Counted from the stretch's first letter, positions 1-13,002 are shown. The stretch: DNA of 64,000 nt from Eledone cirrhosa (GCA_964016885.1 OZ024741.1:171244001-171308000), one strand, 5' to 3'. The notes: generated by a model from the letters alone, not told the origin. Translations and numbers: made by a program.

Positions 1-707
1 AGGTTGGGACAATGCGAAGTGGACTGTAAAATTTATTTTCAATGAAGGTAACGAACGGGTTTGTGTTGCCTTGTATTTACTATCATTATAGTTTTGTTTA
101 ATCCTAATATTTCGAGGCTTGATAATGCCTTCCTTGGAGTTTGGTGAACTCACAGAGTTAAACATTCTCGTCTTGTCGCTTTGATATTTGTTTTATATTT
201 AAAATTCAAAATTGATTTTCAAGCATTGTGTTTGATTATAAATATGACGTCAATCGTCATATTTATAATCAAATTTAAGTAAATTGTGTGTGTTAATTGC
301 TGTTTTTTTGGCTGCTTGTGACTGCAACTTTTTATGGCAAGTATCGTGGACTTAGTTCTACATTATTGTTTATCTGTGAGTTGAGTTTACATATAAGCTG
401 AGCTTCCTTTATTCTCAAGTAGTCCGCATTTCTATAGTTTCAATACTGACTGTTATGTTTTTGATGTGTTTTTTTTTGAATTTGTCAACCCCTCCATAAC
501 CGCATTAAAGAAAGCATCCTCATTTAAAAGGAAAAATGACAAAAAGAAAAAAAGAAATACCAGAAAACACAAACATATTTGTCTTGATTTAAACTAAATT
601 TTACAATTCATTTCGCATTGTCTTATCCTACTTAAAGCAAACAGTTTTCTACATTATACGTGATACAATGCTTCAAGTAAACTACATCATTCTATTATAT
701 ATATATA

Positions 708-846
708 TAATTGTTTCTACTTTTGGCACAAAGCCAGCAATTATCCAGTGTATTACTGGTACTTTATTTTATCGACCCTGTAAGGATGAAAGGCAAAGTT
801 AACCTCGGCGGGATTTGAACTCGGAATGGCAAGGGCCGTAACACTA
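708..846 (-). mobile_element. tRNA-derived SINE, 5'-truncated
   Basis: Matches the repeated SINE body (ggcacaa..cagcaatta..ctggtactttattttatcgacc..taaggatgaaaggcaaagttaacctcggcgggatttgaactc); B box GTTCAAATCC on minus; 3' end abuts (TA)n. Confidence 0.85.
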
Positions 847-861
847 TTATATATATATATA

Positions 862-1020
862 TAATTGTTTCTACTTTAGGCACAAGGCCAGCAATTACCC
901 AGTGCATTACTGGTACTTTATTTTATCGACCCCGTAAGGATGAAAGGCAAAGTCAACCTTGGCGGGATTTGAACTCAGATCGTAAAGGGACGTAACTATG
1001 CTGGAAAGCATGGCGCCCGA
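862..1020 (-). mobile_element. tRNA-derived SINE, 5'-truncated
   Basis: Same family as the other copies; 3' end at (TA)n; 5' end fused to an HHR-bearing fragment. Confidence 0.85.
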
Positions 1021-1120
1021 ATGCAAATGAGTACGTCCATTTCAGAATAATACTAAGAGCAAATGGATATGTATATACCCATTGAATAGACGTTTCCCTG
1101 TGATTGATTGGATGATATAC

Positions 1121-1169
1121 ACGTCTTCTAATGAGGGTCCAAATAGATCCGAAAATCGATTAATGATGT
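1121..1169 (+). ncRNA. Degenerate type I hammerhead ribozyme
   Basis: acgtctt-CTAATGA-gggtc/gatcc-GAAA-atcgat-TA-atgatgt; G5A core change; palindromic stem III AATCGATT. Confidence 0.65.
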
Positions 1170-1250
1170 ATATTATTCTTTTAACTTAAGGGAGGTTTTA
1201 TTTTCTGGTATGATTACATGCCTACATATTAGATAGAATTATATATATAA

Positions 1251-1287
<37 letters not shown>

Positions 1288-2694
1288 TGTGTGTGTGGGT
1301 GTGGGTGTGTGTGTGTATTGGGTCAGTCTTGGTTAGATACTGTATTTATACAGATATAGCTGTATTATACGCTTCAGCTGCTAACGCACTTCTCAATATA
1401 TATCTTAATTAATTCGTCACTTTTGTAATACATTGTTGAGTGTCTAGTTCTACCTGTGCGAAACGAAACGAAATATAACGAAATGCAAGTTATGGTTCAA
1501 GTGTGTGTGCCTACTGTCCACTATAAGTAATTGCCACTATAATAGCGTACTCTCTCTTATTCAGTAAATATCCTTTAGTACCTCATTTCTCTATCAGACA
1601 ATTTTTCGTTTGAGTTGGTGTCAGATATTCTAGTCTTCTATTTTTTCAATTTCCTATGAAACCGTTCTTCTGATGGTGTCACGGACTTTTCTTGCTGAAA
1701 TCAGCAAGACAGCAATTCTCGCATAATGTCAGCATTATACATTTTATGGACAATCTAGTTACTGTGTTGGTAAATGAGAGATAATTCTTGGCCATTATGC
1801 TTGTGTTGTGGTGGATATTGATATCGATGTTATTGCGTTTGTTGTTTGAGTTTCTCTAGTTGCTGTTAATGGTAGTGGCAGTCTTATGGAGGATAGCAGA
1901 AGGTTTGGAGGTTAAAACGTTGCAAAAGGATTATTTGAGGAATTACAATAATCTCTGTTGTTTTTAGATGTTCTGTTGGTAATTTTTTCTATTATGGCTT
2001 TGGGAAAAGGGTTGTTGTTTATAAGCGTGTGGTAAGCTGTTGTTAAGAGTGGTGAAATTACTGTTGTCCATGAATGTGGTGGTGATGACGGTGGATATCT
2101 TAAGAAAAGGCATATGCACTGCAGTCTCCATTAATAAACGAGGAAGGAGGAATTCTCCTGTGCCAGATACTCCTTCCTTCAATTCTAAACTAGTCAGTTT
2201 TAAAACGTACTTTGGAGGGGTCATTCTACATACACACTAGTTGTTGTTCACTTCTCTTTTACTAAATTGATTAATTAATTAACTAAGTAGTGAATCACAC
2301 GATTAATTAATTAAAGAATTAATTAATTAATTGATCAAAATCAGAAGAGAACTGCAACCAGTTTTGTACGTTTTTATTAGCGGAATGACCAAAGCTTCAG
2401 TATCTCTGCCAACACTCCATTGCACTTCAAATTTTTTGTAAAATAAATACGAGAACGAAACAAAAAAAAAATAAATAAAATAAAGCATTTAACACTGGAT
2501 TATTGGAAGAATCATAAAACCATTTTGTGAATAATTTATGAAATGCACACACAACAATACATACACACTAACTCTCTCGCTTTTCACCAATAAGAAAAAA
2601 TGGTTCTTGTCTGAAATGTTTTATTAATTAAACGCAATTAAAAATTATAATTAACATATTCACATAGACACATGTACTACCTGACATTCTTTGT

Positions 2695-2695
2695 G

Positions 2696-2773
<78 letters not shown>

Positions 2774-3215
2774 ATCTATCTATCTATCTATCTATCTAAA
2801 AAATTAAAAAATTAAAAAATAAATAAATTTAAAAAAAAAAAAATTTTTTTAAATAAATAAAAAGAAAATTATCTATCTATCTATCTCTATCTATCTATCT
2901 CCATCTCTCTCCCTCTCTCTCTTTCAGTCTCTCTCTCACTTCCTCTCTCTACCCCCCCCCCCCCCACAAACACACTCACTCTCTCTCTATCTCTTTTATC
3001 TCTCCCGTTGTGTATCTATCTATCTAGCTTTATACTTATTACTTATTGCATCTTTTTCTTTCCTTCATATTTCTCTCTCTCTCTCCTCCCCTCTCTCTCT
3101 CTCTCTCTCGCTCATTCACTCATTTCATTAAATGTATTTTCTTTCGCATTATGATTCATTCTTATTCTCTCAAAGCCTGCCTCTCTCTTTCCCTCAGTGT
3201 TAGTTTCTGTGTCCA

Positions 3216-3303
<88 letters not shown>

Positions 3304-3394
3304 TTTCTCTCTTTACTTCATAACCTAACCCACATTAACTATTTTTTTGATTTTCTCCGATCTTCAACACTTCTCACTTACTCTTATTCTCTAA

Positions 3395-3459
<65 letters not shown>

Positions 3460-3469
3460 CTATCTCTAC

Positions 3470-3505
<36 letters not shown>

Positions 3506-3540
3506 TTATCTATATATCTCTATATATCTATCTATCTATC
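2695..3540. repeat. Compound (CT)n/(TATC)n microsatellite region
   Basis: Direct reading of simple repeats. Confidence 0.95.
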
Positions 3541-3892
3541 TTAAATTGCATTTGTGATAATATTTTACACGTTTTTATTGTTTGTAAACTTCCCCCTTTG
3601 TATTTGTGCCCCTGTAAACATATATATCTCTATCTCTCGCAATCATTCACCTGCATCATTGTTCCACCAATTATTGGTTTGAGTTTTACATGATTACACG
3701 CAAGGCCACCTACAAAATTTGGTTTTACTTCGTTACTATCTAACTCAATAATCCTAATTTTCCTATTCTATATCTGCATATATATCTCCCCTTAAACATA
3801 TATATATATATATATATATATATTATGAAGAGAGAAGAAACATTTAGATATAATTAGTAATAAAATGTATCATACCTAAACTGTTCCTAAAT

Positions 3893-3980
3893 TCCTCGAC
3901 TACGTAGTTTCGTGGCATAAACAAAAACAATATATCAAAGATATAGAGTCCTTGCGAGGTCTGCCGACTTATCAAGAGGA
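3893..3980 (-). ncRNA. Type I hammerhead ribozyme, U3-A8 core variant
   Basis: Minus strand: tcctc-TTGATAA-gtcggca...tgccac-GAAAC-tacgta-GTC-gagga. Confidence 0.8.
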
Positions 3981-4483
3981 TACCTCATTTTACTAGTCTC
4001 AAGAACGCGTCTACACGACGTGAGAAAGAATCCCAAAAGGCGGAGGGGGAGATAGTCACGCGATATAACGGTCGAGAAACAGAGCTAAGCCTCTTATAAC
4101 CACGAAGAAAATACCACGGAGGCGGAGGGGGTATTCATATCGAGGCCGTAGAAGAGGTAGTGAAGAAGGCGAGAAGTATGAGTAATGGAAGCTTTCCAGT
4201 TGTCCCCACACTTCAAAGATTGCTCGACCAGAGGGAGTTATTAATATATTTAGAAACACACAGATACATGCGGACACACACATATATACATGAATGCATC
4301 CGCACCCAACTGTGAGTTAAGGGTGCCAACTTCACCGATGTTGCTCAATGAATGACTGGGACAGACCAATTCAGTTTGAACCAGACTGAACCAGTATCAG
4401 AGTTAAAAATACATTATGAAGAGAGAAGAAACATTTAGATATAATTAGTAATAAAATGTATCATACCTAAACTGTTCCTAAAT

Positions 4484-4571
4484 TCCTCGACTACGTAGTT
4501 TCGTGGCATAAACAAAAACAATATATCAAAGATATAGAGTCCTTGCGAGGTCTGCCGACTTATCAAGAGGA
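4484..4571 (-). ncRNA. Type I hammerhead ribozyme, U3-A8 variant (unit 2)
   Basis: Copy of 3893-3980 at +591. Confidence 0.8.
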
Positions 4572-5074
4572 TACCTCATTTTACTAGTCTCAAGAACGCG
4601 TCTACACGACGTGAGAAAGAATCCCAAAAGGCGGAGGGGGAGATAGTCACGCGATATAACGGTCGAGAAACAGAGCTAAGCCTCTTATAACCACGAAGAA
4701 AATACCACGGAGGCGGAGGGGGTATTCATATCGAGGCCGTAGAAGAGGTAGTGAAGAAGGCGAGAAGTATGAGTAATGGAAGCTTTCCAGTTGTCCCCAC
4801 ACTTCAAAGATTGCTCGACCAGAGGGAGTTATTAATATATTTAGAAACACACAGATACATGCGGACACACACATATATACATGAATGCATCCGCACCCAA
4901 CTGTGAGTTAAGGGTGCCAACTTCACCGATGTTGCTCAATGAATGACTGGGACAGACCAATTCAGTTTGAACCAGACTGAACCAGTATCAGAGTTAAAAA
5001 TACATTATGAAGAGAGAAGAAACATTTAGATATAATTAGTAATAAAATGTATCATACCTAAACTGTTCCTAAAT

Positions 5075-5162
5075 TCCTCGACTACGTAGTTTCGTGGCAT
5101 AAACAAAAACAATATATCAAAGATATAGAGTCCTTGCGAGGTCTGCCGACTTATCAAGAGGA
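5075..5162 (-). ncRNA. Type I hammerhead ribozyme, U3-A8 variant (unit 3)
   Basis: Copy of 3893-3980 at +1182. Confidence 0.8.
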
Positions 5163-5564
5163 TACCTCATTTTACTAGTCTCAAGAACGCGTCTACACGA
5201 CGTGAGAAAGAATCCCAAAAGGCGGAGGGGGAGATAGTCACGCGATATAACGGTCGAGAAACAGAGCTAAGCCTCTTATAACCACGAAGAAAATACCACG
5301 GAGGCGGAGGGGGTATTCATATCGAGGCCGTAGAAGAGGTAGTGAAGAAGGCGAGAAGTATGAGTAATGGAAGCTTTCCAGTTGTCCCCACACTTCAAAG
5401 ATTGCTCGACCAGAGGGAGTTATTAATATATTTAGAAACACACAGATACATGCGGACACACACATATATACATGAATGCATCCGCACCCAACTGTGAGTT
5501 AAGGGTGCCAACTTCACCGATGTTGCTCAATGAATGACTGGGACAGACCAATTCAGTTTGAACC

Positions 5565-5638
<74 letters not shown>

Positions 5639-5832
5639 TCAGGTTTGAGGTTCACCACTGTATAGAGCTGGTCTATTCCGTATGGTCAATCGTAATGCAA
5701 TAATATAGAGAGTACTCAACGTAAAGCAGTTCAACCGTCTTTGTTTTTGTAGTTGGTGGTGCTATTACGGAGTTAAATATTAAAATGAAATGACAGGAGG
5801 CTGGATTTGTGTAAATCCTTGAAAGGTTTATT

Positions 5833-5890
5833 ATACTATGATCATTTCAATGACCGGGTTCCGTATGAATCCGGTGATATCATCAGGTAT
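5833..5890 (-). ncRNA. Type I hammerhead ribozyme
   Basis: Reverse complement of 10729-10786. Confidence 0.85.
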
Positions 5891-7308
5891 TCGAAATATA
5901 ATACGTGAATGTAATAGGTAAAATCCATGGGGCTGAAAATCGAGACCCGAGGGCGACCGCTATTCTGTTCCTTCAACCTCAGCCGGTCGCCCTGGAGTGA
6001 CGTGGCTAAATTTTATAGTATGCTACTACCGGTCAGATGAACGAAAACAGAAAGAGATGGGAGCATAGGTTAACGTCGATCCCATGACACAAGGTAAAAG
6101 AAAGAAAGAAAGGAAGGAGAAGAAGGGGGAAGAAAGAAGAAGAGAAGTTAGGGTTAATGTCAGCTAAAAGAGGAAGGTAACTACTACTGGTCAGATATAG
6201 GCAAGCAAGAGGGGGAAGGAATATAAGTCTGCAGGGAGGAGGAGAGGAGAGAAGGAAGGGAAGAGAGAGGTAGAAAAGTAAGGGTTGATGGCTACAAGAA
6301 GGAAGATAGAAAGGAAGAGGAAGAAAGGTCGATATTAATGTCAGACCACAGTCAAGCCAGGAGTGACGCGAGAAAATTTTCACAGGGACCCGCATCTTAG
6401 CGGAGATGGATATATTGGGAGTCAGTGTTTTACAGTGTTTAGACTTCTAGGATGAAGTTAAAAAAATTTAATAATCAATATTCAATATTAAAGAGGTTAG
6501 AAAATTTAAAGTTCAACAGTTTAACAATTAATTATATAATAGTTCCGATTTGTTCTGTAATTTAAAGGTACTATTTGGCGGTTAAAACAACGGCCGCGCC
6601 CCGGGCCCCATGGCGAATTAAGCCACGCCGAGTATTTTCATTTACTGAAAGAAGGGGAAATTTATTTTTCCAAGCACTCTAGGTGAGCTCGTTCGCCACG
6701 GAGCTGGTCGCGCCGCCATTAAAACCCATCCAACAGTCCGACAGAAAGTTGGAACTTTAAAATTTAGCTTAGAGAAGTAAAAGAGTAATAGTTGATAGCT
6801 ACAAGAAGGGAGATAGAAAGAGAGAGGAAGGAAGGTCGATATTAATGTCACACCACAGTCGGGCCAGGAGTGGCGCGACAAAATTTTCACAGGGACTCGC
6901 ATCTTAGCAGAGGTGAATATAATGGGGGTCAGTGTGTTACAATGTTTAGACTTATAGGATGAAGTTAAAAAATTAATAAATTAATAATCAATATTCCATA
7001 TTAAAGAGGTTAGAAAACTTAAAGCTCAACGGTTTCAGGTTGATATATATAATAGTTCCGATTTGTTCTGTAATTTAAAGGTACTATTTGGCGGTTAAAA
7101 CACCGGCCGCGCCCCAGGCCCCATGGCTAATTAAGCCACGCCGAGTATTTTCATTTACTGAAAGAAGGGGAATTTATTTTTCCAAGCACTCCAGGTGAGC
7201 CCGTTCGCCAGGGAGCTGGTCGCGCCGCCGCTAAAACCCACCCAACGGTCCGACAGAAAGTTGGAACTTTAGAATTTTGCTTAACTCTATCGGATGAAGT
7301 TGAAAGAA

Positions 7309-7370
7309 TTCAGAATAACATTCAGAATAACATTCAGAATAACATTCAGAATAACATTCAGAATAACATT
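7309..7370. repeat. 12-bp minisatellite (ttcagaataaca)x5
   Basis: Direct reading. Confidence 0.95.
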
Positions 7371-8683
7371 ATGAAACTAAGGAGTAAGAGGATTGAGAAT
7401 TGAACAAACAGAAAATTGAAGATTAGACATTCAAATAACTTCTATGAGGTTTTGGGTTGCGGGGTTTAATTAAATAGTCTTTTATGAAGAAACGTTAATT
7501 GTATTATGTAGATCTGTAATTTATCCTAGTGGGATGTAGAGTACGGGATATAGTCGTGTAATGTTTAATTTTTGTTCTCAGGAGGAGACCTTCTAGTGTC
7601 GTGTGCTAATGGGTACAGGTCCCAATGTGAGGAGTAGAAATACATGGATACATAGAAGTGGAATACGTGGAAGAGCTAATGGGTACAGGTCCCAATGTGA
7701 GGGTAGAAATACATGGATACATAGAAGTGGAATACGTGGAAGAGCACATTGGTACAGCAGAGGTATAAATATATAAACATATCAATATATAGGTATAAAC
7801 ATGTAAATAAACCAACAAGAGTGGTGTTGGAGTAAGATGGAGAAATCAGGACATTAATACAGCAAACAAAGATGTGAAGATATAGATAAACAAACAATAG
7901 TCGTTGTCTAGTAAATGTAGAGTTCAAGAGACAGGAGAAATACAATATAGTTCGGGTTGCGGTATTTATGTTCCCAGGGGGAAATATTCCAGTGACGTGT
8001 GCTGAGGGTACACGCGAGTAAAAGTCCGAATAAGGGAAGTAGAAAGTACATGGATGTATAGAGGTAGAATACGTGGAGGAGCATTAATACAGCAAATAAA
8101 GATGTAAAGATATAAATAAACAAACAAGAGTCGTTGTCTATTAAATGGAGAGTTCAAGACACAGGAGAGATACAATATAGTTCAAGTTGCAGTCAGATAA
8201 TGCATATAGATGTGGAAACAGTGCGTGTTCGAGTCTGGGAGTTCAGTGTGAGTTATACATGCCCAGAAGTATAGGGTAGCCATTTAGTTAATTCAGTGCA
8301 GTACAATACATGTTATGGTCCAGTCCGTGGAGTTTCGTCGAAGTTCGGATATTCTGTGAGGGGAGTAGCAAAGGGCCAGGCGAAAGCACCGGGTAGCCAA
8401 AGTTCGAATTGTGGTTAGATATATTCAGTCCCATGCCGCTGTTGATTATTACATTTTGAAGTGCTCAACATTTCAGGAACGTTATTTATTCAGGTTTGAG
8501 GTTCACCACTGTATAGAGCTGGTCTATTCCGTATGGTCAATCGTAATGCAATAATATAGAGAGTACTCAACGTAAAGCAGTTCAACCGTCTTTGTTTTTG
8601 TAGTTGGTGGTGCTATTACGGAGTTAAATATTAAAATGAAATGACAGGAGGCTGGATTTGTGTAAATCCTTGAAAGGTTTATT

Positions 8684-8741
8684 ATACTATGATCATTTCA
8701 ATGACCGGGTTCCGTATGAATCCGGTGATATCATCAGGTAT
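8684..8741 (-). ncRNA. Type I hammerhead ribozyme
   Basis: Copy of 5833-5890 at +2851. Confidence 0.85.
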
Positions 8742-10728
8742 TCGAAATATAATACGTGAATGTAATAGGTAAAATCCATGGGGCTGAAAATCGAGACCCG
8801 AGGGCGACCGCTATTCTGTTCCTTCAACCTCAGCCGGTCGCCCTGGAGTGACGTGGCTAAATTTTATAGTATGCTACTACCGGTCAGATGAACGAAAACA
8901 GAAAGAGATGGGAGCATAGGTTAACGTCGATCCCATGACACAAGGTAAAAGAAAGAAAGAAAGGAAGGAGAAGAAGGGGGAAGAAAGAAGAAGAGAAGTT
9001 AGGGTTAATGTCAGCTAAAAGAGGAAGGTAACTACTACTGGTCAGATATAGGCAAGCAAGAGGGGGAAGGAATATAAGTCTGCAGGGAGGAGGAGAGGAG
9101 AGAAGGAAGGGAAGAGAGAGGTAGAAAAGTAAGGGTTGATGGCTACAAGAAGGAAGATAGAAAGGAAGAGGAAGAAAGGTCGATATTAATGTCAGACCAC
9201 AGTCAAGCCAGGAGTGACGCGAGAAAATTTTAACAGGGACCCGCATCTTAGCGGAGATGGATATATTGGGAGTCAGTGTTTTACAGTGTTTAGACTTCTA
9301 GGATGAAGTTAAAAAAATTTAATAATCAATATTCAATATTAAAGAGGTTAGAAAATTTAAAGTTCAACAGTTTAACAATTAATTATATAATAGTTCCGAT
9401 TTGTTCTGTAATTTAAAGGTACTATTTGGCGGTTAAAACAACGGCCGCGCCCCGGGCCCCATGGCGAATTAAGCCACGCCGAGTATTTTCATTTACTGAA
9501 AGAGGGGGAAATTTATTTTTCCAAGCACTCTAGGTGAGCTCGTTCGCCACGGAGCTGGTCGCGCCGCCATTAAAACCCATCCAACAGTCCGACAGAAAGT
9601 TGGAACTTTAAAATTTAGCTTAGAGAAGTAAAAGAGTAATGGTTGATAGCTACAAGAAGGAAGATAGAAAGAGAGAGGAAGGAAGGTCGATATTAATGTC
9701 ACACCACAGTCGGGCCAGAAGTGGCGCGACAAGATTTTCACAGGGACTCGCATCTTAGCAGAGGTGAATATAATGGGGGTCAGTGTGTTACAATGTTTAG
9801 ACTTATAGGATGAAGTTAAAAAATTAATAAATTAATAATCAATTTTTCCATATTAAAGAGGTTAGAAAACTTAAAGCTCAACGGTTTCAGGTTGATATAT
9901 ATAATAGTTCCGATTTGTTCTGTAATTTAAAGGTACTTGGAGTGCTTGGAAAAATAAATTTCCCCTTCTTTCAGTAAATGAAAATACTCGGCGTGGCTTA
10001 ATTCGCCATGGGGCCCGGGGCGCGGCCGTTGTTTTAACCGCCAAATAGTACCTTTAAATTACAGAACAAATCGGAACTATTATATAATTAATTGTTAAAC
10101 TGTTGAACTTTAAATTTTCTAACCTCTTTAATATTGAATATTGATTATTAAATTTTTTTAACTTCATCCTAGAAGTCTAAACACTGTAAAACACTGACTC
10201 CCAATATATCCATCTCCGCTAAGATGCGGGTCCCTGTGAAAATTTTCTCGCGTCACTCCTGGCTTGACTGTGGTCTGACATTAATATCGACCTTTCTTCC
10301 TCTTCCTTTCTATCTTCCTTCTTGTAGCCACCAACCCTTACTTTTCTACCTCTCTCTTCCCTTCCTTCTCTCCTCTCCTCCTCCCTGCAGACTTATATTC
10401 CTTCCCCCTCTTGCTTGCCTATATCTGACCAGTAGTAGTTACCTTCCTCTTTTAGCTGACATTAACCCTAACTTCTCTTCTTCTTTCTTCCCCCTTCTTC
10501 TCCTTCCTTTCTTTCTTTCTTTTACCTTGTGTCATGGGATCGACGTTAACCTATGCTCCCATCTCTTACTGTTTTCGTTCATCTGACCGGTAGTAGCATA
10601 CTATAAAATTTAGCCACGTCACTCCAGGGCGACCGGCTGAGGTTGAAGGAACAGAATAGCGGTCGCCCTCGGGTCTCGATTTTCAGCCCCATGGATTTTA
10701 CCTATTACATTCACGTATTATATTTCGA

Positions 10729-10786
10729 ATACCTGATGATATCACCGGATTCATACGGAACCCGGTCATTGAAATGATCATAGTAT
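10729..10786 (+). ncRNA. Type I hammerhead ribozyme
   Basis: atac-CTGATGA-tatcaccgg..ccggtcatt-GAAA-tgatca-TA-gtat; intact core, palindromic stem III ATGATCAT, AUA cleavage triplet. Confidence 0.85.
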
Positions 10787-10931
10787 AATAAACCTCTCAA
10801 GGATTTACACAAATCCAGCCTCCTGTCATTTCATTTTATATATATATATAGTTATTAAATGAAACATGAAAAATACAAGAGGCCAATTTACACAGTTATA
10901 TTAGCTTCACGCTTGGAAGAAGTGGAGAAGG

Positions 10932-10967
10932 TTTCAACGTATCGGGTAGAAGTCCTTCTTCAGGAAA
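10932..10967 (-). ncRNA. Degenerate minimal hammerhead in PLE tail fragment
   Basis: Minus: tttc-CTGAAGA-aggacttctaccc-GATAC-GTT-gaaa (A14U change); resembles 53843-53878. Confidence 0.6.
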
Positions 10968-11019
10968 GTGTAGATAAAGAGAGAACAGATAGACTTAAGA
11001 GTAATGTGTGAAAATTTGG

Positions 11020-11082
<63 letters not shown>

Positions 11083-11085
<3 letters not shown>

Positions 11086-11422
11086 TTTACCACTGGCATT
11101 CACAGCCCCAGTTATTCGCGGAATTTTCCTGAGAACCTAACTAATAATTGCTCGTGGAAACCACTGCAGATTCGCGGAATAGTAAATATCTTCCACGATT
11201 TTTTAATGGTTTTATTTCGTGGCAATTATATACTTTTTTAACGCTAAATTATTAATAACAATATACCGTCTATTGGACGCCTCTTCGCATAAGACGCTTT
11301 TTTATTGTATTTTACTTTACATTTTGACAACTATAGTCATTTTTATGGATCACGTCCAATATTCCCGGTTTTTCATTCTTCGCGTGTGCTCTAGGAACGT
11401 AAGCCCGCGGATACCGGGGGAC

Positions 11423-11426
<4 letters not shown>
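11083..11426. mobile_element. Decayed pogo/Tigger-like MITE in (TA)n
   Basis: Right end reverse complement ttgtcccccggtatccgcggg resembles Tigger/MER2-type TIRs; left end ta-cagt...ttattcgcgg; TA flanks. Confidence 0.45.
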
Positions 11427-11512
<86 letters not shown>

Positions 11513-11915
11513 ATATATATATACATATATACATACGCACACACACATATATATATATATATGTATATACATCTTTAATTGCCTCAACTAAAGCTTTTGC
11601 ACTGTATAATAGTTAGTCTACAAGCTTTTTCTTTGTGTATTTACACATACTTTCTATAGAATTGAATTGAAGGCTATTTTCGGGCAACTCCAATGTTATG
11701 ACCTTGAACTTAAGTACACAATCTTTGTTATGTGGCATGAGGTACTATTGTGTATGGTGCATCCATGTATGTGCATGTGTGTGTCCTATTAGTTTTTCAA
11801 CATTTCCCAGTAATATATATTTATATATATAGTAATAATAATAAATTTGAAGACTAAAATCCAAAGAGGGCTCCATAAGGATAAATATATATCAAATATA
11901 TAAGAACCCTAGAGC

Positions 11916-12056
11916 ATATATTTATTAAAATAACAGATTAAAGTTTAAGCAAAGAATCGCTGCTTTCACCCTTAACGGGATCTTCAGAAGATCCCGTTAA
12001 GGGTGAAATCAGCGATTCTTTGCTTAAACTTTAATCTGTTATTCTAATAAATATAT
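11916..12056. repeat. Palindrome of two head-to-head PLE tail fragments (family D), axis at 11986 inside the HHR core
   Basis: gggatcttc-a-gaagatccc; arms match 37471-37532 and 39201-39268. Confidence 0.85.
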
Positions 12057-12061
12057 ATATA

Positions 12062-12256
12062 TGTGTTTGTGTCTATATTGTATCTGTATTGTTGACCATT
12101 AGTCAGTCAAGGGCAACATGGAGGACCGAATAAATTAAATTAACCGATATAAAAGACACAGAAGCAAAATGCGAAAACCAACCAAACAGTGAGTGTGTTC
12201 TGTTATTAATTCTGGCAATATTACACAAATATGACCCCTCCCCAAGTATAACAATA
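12062..12256 (+). mobile_element. PLE pseudo-LTR 3' fragment (family A2)
   Basis: Ends atgacccctcccaagtataacaat+(AT)n; homologous to 13003-13178, 57720-57876 and 62369-62560. Confidence 0.75.
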
Positions 12257-12380
12257 TATATATATATATAGAGAGATATAGATACAAACTATGCAAGAGT
12301 TGAGTAATCCATTACAAAATGTATGAATTCCAAACGCTGAAAATAAATAACAATAAACAATACTATGAATAATTAGTAAA

Positions 12381-12572
12381 TAATTGTTTCTACATTTGGC
12401 ACAAGGTCAGCAATTATCCCAGTGTATTACTGGTACTTTATTTTATCGACCCCGTAAGGATGAAAGGCAAAGTTAACCTCGGCGGGATTTGAACTCAGTT
12501 CGTAAAGGGACGTAACTGTGCTGTAAAGCACGGCGTCCGACGCTCTACCGATACTGCCAATCCACCGCCCTT
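12381..12572 (-). mobile_element. Full-length tRNA-derived SINE with 18-bp TSD
   Basis: A box TGGCAGTATCGG and B box GTTCAAATCC on minus; direct repeat gaataattagtaaataat at 12367-12384 and 12581-12598. Confidence 0.9.
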
Positions 12573-12942
12573 ATAATTAGGAATAATTAGTAAATAATAT
12601 CGGGTAGAATACCCCTATGGACGGAAACAGTAATTGCTGAACACTTTTCCGCCGGCCGTATGGGGTATCCTATTGAATTTTCTAAGTTAATATTTATGCC
12701 AATCGATTATTATCACATTTTTCGGCGTTTTGGATTCCACCATATTTTAATATGTATATATATATATGGTACGGATCTAGCTGTCGAAACGGCCGGAGCT
12801 CAGTCATCGGGGTTCTGACACTTATCCCATATATATATAAATATACTATACTTACATTCATATATATATATATATATATATGGGGGGGGGGGGGAGATTC
12901 AGGACACCGACGGCTGAGCTCCGGCCGTTCGACAACTAGATC

Positions 12943-12977
<35 letters not shown>

Positions 12978-13002
12978 CACCCTACATTTATGACTGTATA
13001 TA

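Larger units (their letters stand above)
3822..5567 (-). mobile_element. Tandem array of about 2.95 x 591-bp ORF-less HHR-bearing units (retrozyme-like or PLE-derived)
   Basis: Apparently identical units start at 3822, 4413 and 5004; flanked by (TA)n on both sides; one HHR per unit. Confidence 0.85.
5634..10838. mobile_element. Large non-coding PLE-like insertion: 2851-bp period partial tandem (minus) plus inverted arm (plus)
   Basis: 5634-~7085 repeats at 8485-~9937; ~9938-10838 is the reverse complement of ~5780-6680; (TA)n at both ends; HHR near each 3' end; no RT motifs found. Confidence 0.8.

Noticed and set aside
4056-5465. Three identical 75-aa ORFs
   Set aside because: Recurrence is due to the 591-bp repeat; no recognisable domain.
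7309-7370. Short regular repeats as a CRISPR or telomere array
   Set aside because: No spacers, not TTAGGG-like; a simple minisatellite in eukaryotic DNA.
6033-10586. Repeated 120-aa and 86-aa Leu/Pro/Ser/Phe ORFs
   Set aside because: By-product of a pyrimidine-rich strand inside a DNA repeat; no motif support, although translation cannot be excluded.
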